Source: Dudresnaya verticillata (lineage: Eukaryota). From it: a DNA stretch of 64,000 nt. Positions 13,041 through 23,960 of the stretch are shown here, one piece after another; the stretch's first letter is position 1; the number at the start of each line of letters is the position of its first letter. The translations under genes were made by a program, and so were the position numbers. Location of the stretch: assembly GCA_977862235.1 (NCBI GenBank), contig OZ374559.1, positions 1,488,001 through 1,552,000 of the forward strand. Reading direction: 5' to 3'. Under the pieces are notes generated by a model. It did no database searches. It was given only the letters and a program-made list of their open reading frames with translations, and had not been told where the DNA came from.

Positions 13041-13346
13041 TACTCACAACTGGGCCCACTACCCGTCCGACCTGGTACACTACCAGGTAGCTAAGCCACT
13101 TGCGCACCCGCGGTTCGGACTTAAATTGTGGCGTAGCCTGACGCTACAGGCGTCGATTTCCCTTGCGGTTCTACACAATGCCAGCCTGACCCCATTGCAT
13201 TCTGTTGTCTGCGCCGCGTTTATTTCGCCGCAGCTGAGGACCACGCCATACTTCAATGGGGCACATCCCCGATTGTAGGCCGCCAAATGGAATGAAGCGC
13301 ATTGCTGTGCTCATGGGAGAAGGCCACCACTTTACTATCTCTAGCG

Positions 13347-13868
13347 TTAGCAATCGCTGCTATCATGCTTCCGCATATACAGCCCTTCACAACTAGACAG
13401 TTCATTGTTCAGGCTCCTCATGATGCACATCCTCACCTCCGGTTTCATTGCGCGGCTGTTGGACATGTAGAATTTTTTGCAAAGCAGACGTATGTAGCGG
13501 TCCAGTTGATACGCGTTCTCTCCGCCCCTGTGCAGCGTTTCGACGATCGCGAAGTCTATAGCATGGGCTGCACCGTGCACGTACTTGCCCCTTCCCACGA
13601 GAAAGATTTTCTTCAGCAACAACCTGTACAGCTTGTCCAAAGCTTTCCGATGGTGGGAATGCTCCATCATCGTCTTGTCTGCGTAAAATTGCTGTGATGA
13701 TTCCCAAGCCATTTGGGCACGATCCAGGTCATTGTGGTTATCCAGAATGTCGTCGTCACTGCTAGGGCTTTGGTGCGTCCATTTTCGTGCCTCACGATTA
13801 AGATCTTCCTCCATCCGACGTTTAACGGCGTTGTACAGCTTTTCCACATCCAGAATCAAGTCATCCAT
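13347..13868 (-). pseudogene. Unknown helical protein fragment, co-oriented and downstream of the MTase gene
   Basis: 173-aa ORF with protein-like composition; broken frames continue upstream to ~14280. No motif recognised. Confidence 0.4.
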
Positions 13869-14376
13869 GGTCTCAATACAGCGGTATTCTGGTCACAGCA
13901 GATTATGGTGGTGAACGAACACTTCGTTTCATCTCAGCTCTCTTTCCGAAATGGCCGAGGCCTTTACCTACGACAGGATCACTGCGTGCCTGGGCAATAC
14001 ATGGTCCATCTTTCCACGAGCTGACGGGTATCCATTTCATATGCGTTGTAGACAGCCCTGGGCGCACTCCGGTACGTAGTCGATCAATCACTTACTGCCA
14101 ATATGCCGCAACGTTGCCAACAGCTGCAGCCGTACGGTACATGTGCCACACTCGCGACAGCCTTCCGTGACAGATTCTGTTTGGTGGACCAAATATAACC
14201 CCCGCGTTCATAGCACGGCACGTGGAAGCACTGGCGTTATTCGAGTAAATGGTGCCTGAACGACGTCGAATTCATGGACCATGGCGGAAGCAAGACGCAA
14301 AGACATGTTCAGAATACGGATGCTCGAGAAATGTTCAATTCGGCCTATGACAATAGTACTGTACTGACTATAATTC

Positions 14377-16374
14377 CTACCCAATCTTCTTCATGTTGTG
14401 CAAGTCCCACGAGAACAACAAGCCGTTTAGGCCCTTGAGATTGGCAGGAGGGTCCTCTACTCCCTTGAATATATACGGATACGAACTTAGCTCATACTCC
14501 GCCATGACCTTCAAACTGTAGACGACCACAAGATGCTCCCCTGGTTTGGCAGATTCTGACAGATCGTGGCCGTGCAAGCGTTCATTCCAGTTCCATCCTG
14601 GAGTCTTTTCAGGATGCAACACGGCCTCCCCCACTTCCTTATCATCTGCAAGAAGCGTGACTCTGTCTCCGGCCTTGGGCATTGCACAAGGTTCAGGGGT
14701 TTTCCTTCTCCTGCACTTTTCATTTTTCTCCACACTTCCTACAACTTTTTCTTCACTCCTGCCGTGCTTCTCTGTACTCTCTTCGGGGTCATCCAATACG
14801 TGCTCGGACGGTGTCGTCAGATGGGACATTTCAGGTCCCTTCCTCGTTACGGAATGGTTTGTTGGTGGAGCAGAATCTGTTTTGACAACACTACCTCTTG
14901 CTGCCTCACCGATACCATTCAGTTCGTCATGAGCACTTGATTCCAAACGTTTACGACCTGTCTTCATTTCATATGCTTCCGTGGCAAGCCTACGCAAACG
15001 TTCAGCCCCCAGCTTGAATGTTTCGACCTGTAATTCGATTACTGTACACCGACGATCTGTTCTGAGAGCTGCAATCCCAGTCGTCATGGTTCCGCTGTGC
15101 ATATCCAGAACTGACCCGCCCTCCGGACAGAATGTTGTCATTATCTCCACAAGTACTTCTGGAGACTTCTCTTCGACCAGAACTGGGGACTTGGTGCCTG
15201 GGCGTAGCAACTTGTGTTTCGGTGTTGGTAGAGAGGACATGCACGCGAATTTCCGCTTTTCCGGGGAGGGGATGCAGTGATACTCGCTCCTAAGGTCGAG
15301 CAAGAACCCTCCGCCATGCTGACCTGGGGCACGCGCCATGACGGCTATTTCCACACAGTTCTGGGGCATATCGCTCCCCCGATGTTCCTGCATGGTCTTG
15401 GGGTCTTTGGAGAATACGAATGGGTATGCTGGGCACATGAATTGTGCCTTCTTCAGAGCATCGTGGAATACACTGAAGTTCAGGAATGACGTGAAAACAA
15501 GCAACCACCCCCCTGCTACAAGTACGCGCCTCGAGAACTCAACTATCTTCTTAATGTCTTCCTCGCTGAGGTAATTATAGAATGACCTCCCCGACTTAGA
15601 CTGCGATTTCGGTGTACCGTATGGTGGATCAGTGAGGATTAAATCGAATCGTTTGTCACCTTCCTTCCTTACGGTACTGTCGTAGCTCTGCCATGTCATC
15701 TGAAAGCATGTCAGTTTCACTTCCGCAAGATAATCTATTGGAACAGAAAGCGATCCGTCCTCCACCGTCACAGCCTTAGTACCCATGTTGAGGCGAACAG
15801 ACTGCTTTGATGAAACAGTTGATACAGTGGGGTCTGTGGGACTCTTTTCCGGTATAGAAAGGTCTTTGGCTGCACATGCAGCTTTAGGGTCTGCGTTCTG
15901 GACGGGTGCCTGTCCAGATTCTGCTGGTTCCCGACCTTCTTCCCTTTTCGAATTGGTTGATGTTACTAAGTCTAAAACATCTTCGCCGTTAGAGATTCCA
16001 GTAGCGTCCACCTGCGGTGACAACGTGCAGTCCAAATTCTGTTGACCGTCAGAATCTTTTGCTCCACATTCATTGGAACCCGGGCGGGTCATGACAGCGT
16101 CATCATGTCTGCCTTCTGTCGAATCCATCACAGTTTGCAGATCTTTGTACTTCTGCAACTTCACTGGGGCCTCTTCCGGACAACACTCTCTGTACATCTC
16201 AACTATTGTTTTCAATAGTGTACGGTCATTACCTCGATTCAAGATGACCTCGACGTCCAGCTTCGTAGTGTGTAACAGGTTTTCTCTTAATGTACTCATG
16301 CCTGAAGGCCATTCTGTCCTCTCCCTCATCGCTTCAAACTTCCGAGTCTCGGAAACGGCGGCTGAAGCTTTCAC
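14377..16374 (-). pseudogene. Beta-class N6-adenine/N4-cytosine DNA methyltransferase (N6_N4_Mtase-like); C-terminal part of a disrupted ParB-MTase fusion
   Basis: FDLILTDPPYG (motif IV, DPPY at 15619-15630) precedes EKSPEVLVEIMTTFCPEGGSVLDMHSGTMTTGIAALRTDRRCTVIEL (motif X/I region), the beta-class order. Confidence 0.85.
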
Positions 16375-16586
16375 GAATTGCTCTTGCGTGTGTTTGGAAC
16401 AGGTTTGAAATTGTGTGTCCTTGACACCTCTCGAAGCCTGTACAGGGTAGCTATTTGAACAGTAATGCCGTTGTCAGAGCTGCCTGCATTCATAAAGGCC
16501 TTGGAAGACTTGATGGAACTGACGTGAATGATGAACAAATGAAGCGTCTGTATACTCTGCAATCCAGATTCTGCATCGCGACATTT

Positions 16587-17417
16587 TTAGTCTATGGCCT
16601 TTCCGGAAGCAGTCAACAGTTGCATAGTTGCTAGTTCAGGGACCTCCTCCTTCATTATCTTCCCAATTACATCGATAACGCGACGGTCAAGACGAAGAAC
16701 GGTTGCCGCTGTCTGTTTGATAGTGTTTTCCGATAGGTGACTGCATCCATCATATGCTTCGGCAACTGCCGTCGCAGTCGGAGTCTTCCCATTACTGGCT
16801 TCGAGACGGTCTGCCTCTTTCCTAAGACCGCATATCTGATCGTAAAACGTGGTCTCTACAAAAAGGCTGGAGTCGTGCTTTCTGTTCTGATGACGAGCCA
16901 GTTGCTTCAGAATCTGGATGTTGTGCCCCCCTTTAAGCACAGTGGCAGTCAAAGCAAACCCCTTCCATGTCTCCCGGTCTTCATCGATTAGCTCCATAAT
17001 GGCGATAAGTCGATGCATGCCATCAACAACTCCGAACCACTCCGACCAACTGGAGGCCTCTTCTTTCACCTGTTTCTCTGTGTACTCTGTCCCATCCGTA
17101 TTCCGTTTAGCTCGGAGAAACTCAAAAATGAAACTCCTGAAGGGACCTGTTAGGCGAGCCAGTATGGGCGCATCAGAACCGGCAATGTACCCGTTGTTGT
17201 AGTTAGCGCTCCTCGTCCCACCGCCCCTGAAAATCTTCTTGAGCCTCTCAACACCGGATCTCGAGATGTCCCTTATATCAGTCATCGGAACACAGGACCT
17301 GGGGTCTATTCGAATGTTGGTAGACCCCTCCATGACATCTGCAAACAGTGCCTGTGCCATCTCCTCCTTCCTCAAGGGCTCACTTGACCCCCTGCTCCGC
17401 TTCTTGCGCTTCGACAT
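16587..17417 (-). pseudogene. ParB/Sulfiredoxin-like N-terminal domain with a basic NLS-like start; N-terminal part of the same gene
   Basis: MSKRKKRSR start, IRDISRSGVERLK and FGVVDGMHRLIAI (ParB-like DGxHR). Coding-like sequence bridges to the MTase ORF across frameshifts. Confidence 0.7.
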
Positions 17418-18000
17418 GGTGTGCGAGAGAATGACTCACTGTGCTGGTGAAAAGCGCTCTCCTTGAAAGAGTACGGAAAGGGGTACTGCATGTCCGACGA
17501 GTTGTCCAGATTCTGTTCAGAAAACCTCCCGCAACAAGTTCTTTAAGTCCCCGGCTCATGTTTGCAGGGTGCCGTTTTCGACTGACACCATACGGGCTTT
17601 CGACACACTGGACGGCGGGAGTACGACATGGATGTGCCGCAAATTCTGAGATGGCACGGGAGGTCACGTGGATTGTTCACCGGGTGTGGGCAGTCTCCAT
17701 CAGAACTATTCTTAGCACAGGCCGTACAGTTGGAATTGGTAGAATGCAGGTTTCACCGGACCTGCACGGCGAGATGTAACAAAGTCAATTAGGGCATGCT
17801 GCTCGCTGTCCCAGCCGACTTGGCCGGGCTTTGAAGTTGAGGCCGGCCTGGCCAGGTGCTGATACTGCGAGTAAAATAGCATGCCACACACGGTTTCGGT
17901 GAGTACTGGCACACAGTTGCCAGCGGCGTGCCAGCGGGGGCCGCGGCGGTCAATTTACGAGGAACAGGTTCTCGGGGGTGGGAGGTGTCAACACCTGTGG

Positions 18001-18267
18001 GTGCAATATCAGTATCAGGGAACAGGTGGGGCGAGAGCGCCGGGCCAAAAAGCTGTTCATTTGATGTGGCAAAATGCGCGCTGAAAAACCTGTATAGATT
18101 TTCTGTCCAATGATATTGAATAAGCTTGTAAAAGGGTCTTTCCATTGGGCCGCCGTCAACACCTTTACAGCTTCTGAATGCGGCCCAGTCACATTGCTAT
18201 GAGAACAGATATTGCGCTTCACGGCAACGCAAGAGCCCAAAGTGCAATATCAGTATCGGGGAACAGG
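18001..18267 (+). repeat. 26-bp dispersed direct repeat upstream of the ParB-MTase gene
   Basis: GTGCAATATCAGTATC(A/G)GGGAACAGG at 18001-18026 and 18242-18267. Confidence 0.75.
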
Positions 18268-19126
18268 TCCTGAGAGCCCGCAAACTCCACAATCTATCTG
18301 GCCTCGGCGCTGCGAGCTCACGAGATGATTGCCCAGAATGCGGACACAAATACGCCTGCCACAACACACTGCCTCACAAACGCCCTTACCCTCGCCGCGA
18401 CGACTCCCGTTCCGCGAATCCATCACTCACGGTATCCTCCTCCACTCCCCTTCCTCTCCGCTGCTTAATACCGCCGTTGTGTTTGCCTGTTTGCTTACCG
18501 TCCTACGTTCGCTTCTGACACGAAAATTCTCGCTTGCCTTGAAAACCATAATTCAGCCTGCCATCATTCAGCCTGTCATCATGGTCGTCATGGTATTATT
18601 GTTCCCAACCCCTTCCTGAACCGAAAACGTTTAAATGCGAGCCGTGATCGTCGTGTTAGTCAACCGCACGTCTCTCAGATGCTCCCACAGCCCTCGCTTG
18701 CTATTCATATTCATCATTCCGTTATCGTGTCCAGAACTCAATGGCATTCTACAAGCGGTACGCAGGTCACCTCTAGCCATTCAAGCGCTCTGGACTGCCG
18801 CATGAAAGACGTCCGCATCAAGGAAGAGTACACTTGCTGTACAAGGGGCACGTTTCGCCGGCGTTGGATAGTGTGCTCGTGTCCAAGAGTTGTAGCAGTT
18901 GATGATGCTGGGTTCATAGGAGGTGCTATTTCGGAACCCTTCTCGGAAGCTTTTGGTCTTGAGAACGATATGTTTGGTAGTGATTTTATGCTCAGTACTG
19001 CTTGTGTCCCAGTTGCAATCCTTATTGATGTGCTTGACGTATGGGCACCAGCCAAACTTCTGTCATCCCGTGACTTTCGCTTAAGCGCACTAATTCGTTG
19101 CTGCACTCCGTGAAGAGCTTTCCGCA

Positions 19127-19945
19127 TTGCATGACGAAAGCCATATCCCTGTAGTCTTTATTACTACTACACGTAATCAACAAGGTGTATGCCCGAGTGT
19201 ATTTGGTTGCAAGCGTACATCGGCAGTGATCAGTTTGCATGCACTTGCATTCATCGAGAGGAGGAAACTGTCCCTCCACTGGCTCTCAAATATCTTTAGC
19301 AACAAGAGCCATGCTGATTTGAGACGTATGGCAGAAAGGATTGCCGTCGTTAGACCTGGGTTCATGTATGGCGACATGACAAGTTTGTTCTCTACACTGG
19401 AACGAGCCTGGTGAAGACCAACGATCAATTCTTAAGAGAGGAATTCCTCGCTCGAACCGCATGACCTTCTTTCTGCTCCGTAGTTTCGGGACTCCTTGAA
19501 AATGACAAAGGCAGCCTTGCGGTCGGCCGTGAAAGGAACCCCAGCCGACGAGATTTTTGATCCTGAGTCTATCAAGGCCTTTCATGGCTTGGATTCGCCA
19601 ATCAAGCGATTTCAGGAATGTCTGACAACAGTGCTTCGGGCTCGGAGTGGCCCCCCTTCGACTGATAGCAGCCAGGAAGCATTGCAAACGCTAGGGATAT
19701 GGAAGTGTTTAATCTGTTATGGTGCAACAGGATCTGGAAAGTCCGCAATCGCGCGACTGGCGTCGCAGACAGTTACCCATGGGAACATAAACAATCCATG
19801 CGTTGAAGGCACATCTATTACAAGCTGCATTGTCGGAGATGGTGAGATACGGCTATCAGAACTGTTCGCTACAGCGAGGGCCATACTCTAAACAGTCGTC
19901 GTCATTGAGAATGTCGATTTTCTCTCTCCGAGTCGTGGTCGTGCA
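19127..19945 (+). pseudogene. CDC48/VCP-like AAA+ ATPase fragment, truncated by the copia nest
   Basis: Lid-like RIAVVRPGFMYGDM, Walker A YGATGSGKS, IVGDGEIRLSELF, then a stop and Walker B-like VVVIENVD. Confidence 0.7.
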
Positions 19946-19961
19946 TCTGTAGGTTGCAATG

Positions 19962-20994
19962 TGTTGAGGACATGGTCGCTGGCGCCTCACGTCACGGGTC
20001 AGGCACCCCAGATGGCACCCTGGCACGCTGTCACCAAACCTTCCGGAGACGACAGCCCTTTTTCCGGGCTTCCAAAATCACGGCGCATTTAGGCCTTTTG
20101 CAAAAGCAACGTGAAACGGGCTTCTGATTGGTTGTTACAAACCGCCTCCATGGTCTATATGGCTTACAAGTGTTGTGCTGGAATTGGCGGTTATAACAGG
20201 AACGGCCAAGTGGAACGATCTGATTGGACCACATGGATGCACGTGGTATGGCATGGAATGGTACTGGTATGACGCGCACTGTACTCCACAAGTACACATG
20301 AACGTGCCATGCAATGTGCTGATGGCGTCTGAGTTGGTACTGCAGGGACTTGCGCTACGTGGAGCCTGGCTTGTGATATCAGCAGATGCAGTTGTCGTGC
20401 GGCCGACACGTTGGTTTACAGTTGGCACGTAGCTGTCGTGCGGCCGACACGTTGGTTTACGGTTATCACGTAGCTGTCGTGCGGCCGACACGTTGGTTTA
20501 CAGCTGCCACGTAGGCAAATCTGGGTGATTACGTGGTCAATGATCCAAGTTGGATATTCATGGACGGACTTCAGCTCGTAAGTGCGGCCACGTGGTATGC
20601 AGTGTTGTCCGACAGCAGCCATGCGGGGACACTCGATACTTTCGAGTTCCCGCCCAAAGTTGGAGTACATATGGATGGCAGGAAATGCGGTCGCAAGAGG
20701 GATTGCTGATGTCAGCAGTTAGCAACACTGGTGTGCAAGTTCCCGCCCATTTTGGTGGCGGATGTGAGTGTGCTGAGAGTATGATTTGGTAGATTTAATT
20801 GCTTTACTTTTTCCCGCCCATTTGATGATAGGGATTTTGGGCGTTTCTTTAATGATTTGTTTTGTTTGTGTTCACGCAGCAACTCATCCGAAAAGCTGAT
20901 ATAAGCCATGTCGGATGGTCGACTGCAGTAAACGAAGTCAAGCGACTTCCATTTCTCATCTTGTTCAACTCCAACCTCTCCATATTCCTTTTCA
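19962..20994 (+). repeat. Copia LTR1 (1,033 bp)
   Basis: TGTTGAGGA...CCTTTTCA; contains three 41-bp ACGT-rich repeats at 20393-20513. Left flank CAATG. Confidence 0.97.
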
Positions 20995-21008
20995 GGTTAT
21001 GGGCCCAG
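20995..21008 (+). promoter_or_regulatory. PBS complementary to the tRNAiMet half-molecule (Drosophila copia/Ty5 type); also at 29457, 30582, 36879, 38004 and 50807-50820 (-)
   Basis: GGTTATGGGCCCAG directly after the LTR. Confidence 0.9.
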
Positions 21009-23960
21009 AAGGTCGACCTACGCAGACTTCATCGCTTCGCTGCAACCTTCTTCCTTTTTCTTTTCATTCTTGATACTGTCCTGTCCCGTCCTGGCCTGTC
21101 CTGTCTGCTTGTGTCCTGTCCCGTCGGCTTGTGTCCTGTCCTGTCTGCTTGTTGTCTGTTGAAAGTGGTCCCTATCCCACTGTGTCGGCTTGTGTCTCTG
21201 ATTTTGTGAGAGAGTTCTCGAGGCTCTCGTCCGCTGTTGTCTTGGTCCGTGAGCTTGCTGAGAGGTTGAGTGTTGTGCGTGGTGACTCTCGTTAAGTCAG
21301 GACCTCGTTGGCCTAGGGGAGCAGCCTCCAGTAAGATCCAGAACCTTGACACGGTTGGGCCTAGTTCCATTCCTGTAAGAGACTGGACCTGTTCGTGTGG
21401 TGAACACTCGTTTTGAGTTAGTACCCATAAGGTGGACGTCTCGTAAGGATTGCATACTTCGTGTCTGTGTGCGCACGACACGAAAGGGCTGCTGAAAGAC
21501 GCATTTCACCCGGAGAATCATATCCGGGGGCCAGGAGTCCGACTCCTAGGGGTGACTAGGTAGAACCTGGTGCCAGAACATCCCGCGTCAAAAAGACGTT
21601 CAACTATCAAGAATCAACTTTTCAACTTCAAGTTTCAACTTTTCTTCTTCAGTCCAGGTGATCCCATCATCACCTGAGAGTTTCATTACTCCAAGCGTGG
21701 GAGCTATTTGGCAAAGTGTGCTCCGCTTGTGACTGTATTATATTACCGACGTGTTCGACACATTTCTCAGTTTCGTCGTCACGTCTTCGTTGTGTGAGCT
21801 GCACTGCTCTGCTTAACACGACTATTACCCTCTGGGCATCGACACTGTTGCACTAACAGCACTGCCCCAAGTTTACCAAGTTTTCTAAAACTATTCAAGT
21901 TATCTCTTCTCACCACCAGTCGCAACAGCGATGACTGATACCGAAGCCGAGATGGATACTTCGAGCGGGGTCAAGATACCCCGTTTCCACGGCAGGAGAG
22001 GTGACGACTACAGTCTCTGGCGTCATCGCCTTCGTGCCGCATGCCGCATCAAAGGGGTTTGGAATGTTGTCCACACCTCAAACGACACACCGAGCAGCTC
22101 ACAGTCAACTGGAGAGGCCTCAGCGGATACTTCCATTCTTCACGCCAGAACCTTGGCCAAACGTGAGAAGGCTTGCGGGATCATTATCTCCGCACTTGGT
22201 GATGCTCCGCTTCGTGTCGTTATGGAGGTTGATGATGACCCCAAACGCATGCTGGAGCTATTGGACTCGCGCTATGCGTCCAGTCGAACCGTATCCCGTA
22301 TCGCCGTACAGACCAAGCTATTCCGTATGACGTACACCGGTCAGAATATGTCCAGCTATGTCGACCAGTACACGTCACTGTTCGCCCAACTCGACCGCAT
22401 GGGCAACGACTCGGCGATACCGGAGACACATAAGGCACCTATGCTGCTTGCTTCCATTGATCCGTCCTGCCACCTGGAGTCAACAGCTGCAGCTCTTCGC
22501 ACCAAAGATGCTGCTGAGCTGACTTGGGACTACGTCGCAACCACGCTGATCGATGAGTACAACGCCAAAGATTGTCATGGATCAAACGCAGGTGGGAGAT
22601 CCAGTAAGTCGAAGAGTCGTCGGAAGAAGAAAAAGAAGTCCGCGTCGTCAGGTTCTCGCCAGCAACACAACCCGCTGGATGACAACGACGACTCCGATGA
22701 CTCTTCTGATATTGAATCCACCGTCCGTGCGTTGGCGGTTGCACTCAAGTCCGCCAAGCAGGCTCACTCCACCCCGAACCGGCACCTTCACTGTGATGTT
22801 TGCGACAAGGATGGACACACCGCGGATCGATGCTATCTCAATCCGGAAAATCCTAACAACAAGCTTCCTCCAAAGGTGCGACAGATGTTCACCAACCAGG
22901 GCAAAAAGGGCAACGCCAACTCGGCGGTAGCTGCATCTGGTAAGAACAATGGTAAATCTGCAAAGGTAGAAATCGCCGGTGCATCGGTTTCATCGGTTGA
23001 GATGACTACTGTTGTTCCTACGAACGACCAAGGAACGTATGCCGACAGTGGAGCAACTGTGCATTGCTTCCACTCAATGACTTCTTTTGTACCGAGCTCA
23101 GTATCGCGCTGCGAAAAGCGTACTGTAGTGCTTGCGGACAAGTCGTCTGTCACCTCAGACCTATGTGGAGATGTGATTCTGCCGTTTGAGCATGCTAATA
23201 TTCGGCTCAAGAAGGCCCTCTTCATCCCGCAGATGGGATACAATCTTGTCTCTACTGGGCGTTTGGCAGATAAAGGAATTGAATCCCACTTTCGCCGCTT
23301 GGACGTGCGCTTGGTACTCGACTCTGATGGGTACTATATTGGATCCGGTGTTCGCGGTGCGAGTTCTGGAATGTACATGCTACCAGAACCCGAGCCGCAC
23401 ACTTCGGAGGAGCAAGTACTGGCTGTCCCCAGCACGCAGCAAACTACTGAGCTCTGGCATCGACGTCTTGCCCACATTAATTTTCGGGACTTGGCCAAAG
23501 TGCACGAGCATGTTGAGGGTGTTCCGGAGTTGGGCTCCACTCATGAAGTGTGTCGGGCTTGTAGGCTTGGGAAAGCACACAAACAATCATTCCCAGGGCA
23601 CTTCCGCCCGGCCAAAGCTGTCGGTGATCTCGTGCATTCCGATATTGTTGGTCCAATCCAGATCTCCTTTCCCGATCGTTTCCGGTATGCCACGACGTTT
23701 CTGGATGACAAATCCCGTTTCTTGGTCGTCGCATGTATGAGAAGTCGCCGTATGTTGAGTGCAGCATTTGATCAAGCTTCAGCAAAGTTTATCGAGCTTG
23801 GAGGAGCGGAAATAACAAAACTCCACTCAGACGGGGCTCAGGAGTATTTGGCTTTGCAGAAAGATTTGGGAGGAGTTGGAGACAGTGGCAAATCCTTCTC
23901 CCCACCTTATACTCCGGAGCTCAATGGAATCGCGGAAAGGGTGAACCGAACCATGGTGGA

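Larger units (their letters stand above)
9624..13089. mobile_element. Candidate TIR-bounded insertion (TA|CCTGGTAGT ... ACTACCAGG|TA) containing nested LTR remnants
   Basis: TACCTGGTAGT at 9624-9634 starts where integrase homology stops; its reverse complement ACTACCAGGTA is at 13079-13089. Repeat arrays lie near both ends. No transposase seen. Confidence 0.4.
19962..23960 (+). mobile_element. Copia copy A: 5' LTR, PBS, leader and gag-PR-INT, truncated by copy B
   Basis: ORF from 21931 matches the 1,444-aa polyprotein up to RTMV, then runs into an inverted LTR at 23961. Confidence 0.97.

Noticed and set aside
14074..14366. Pure short duplications (ATCA-ATCA near 14083, GTACT-GTACT near 14356) as excision scars
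   Set aside because: No LTR-like filler and no reference allele; replication slippage explains them.
14377..16374. Bacterial restriction-modification system or contaminant contig
   Set aside because: No endonuclease or operon context is visible. The gene has an NLS-like start, carries a copia-type scar and is embedded among eukaryotic LTR elements.
20393..20513. 41-bp repeats in every copia LTR (and the 104-bp array at 11107) as CRISPR-like arrays
   Set aside because: They are head-to-tail tandem repeats with no unique spacers and no cas genes; they are ordinary LTR enhancer-type repeats.
20031..21521. Recurrent short ORFs in the LTR and leader (MYLWSTV.., MAYISFS.., MSCAHRH..)
   Set aside because: They recur only because the LTR is repeated; there are no motifs and no evidence of coding selection.
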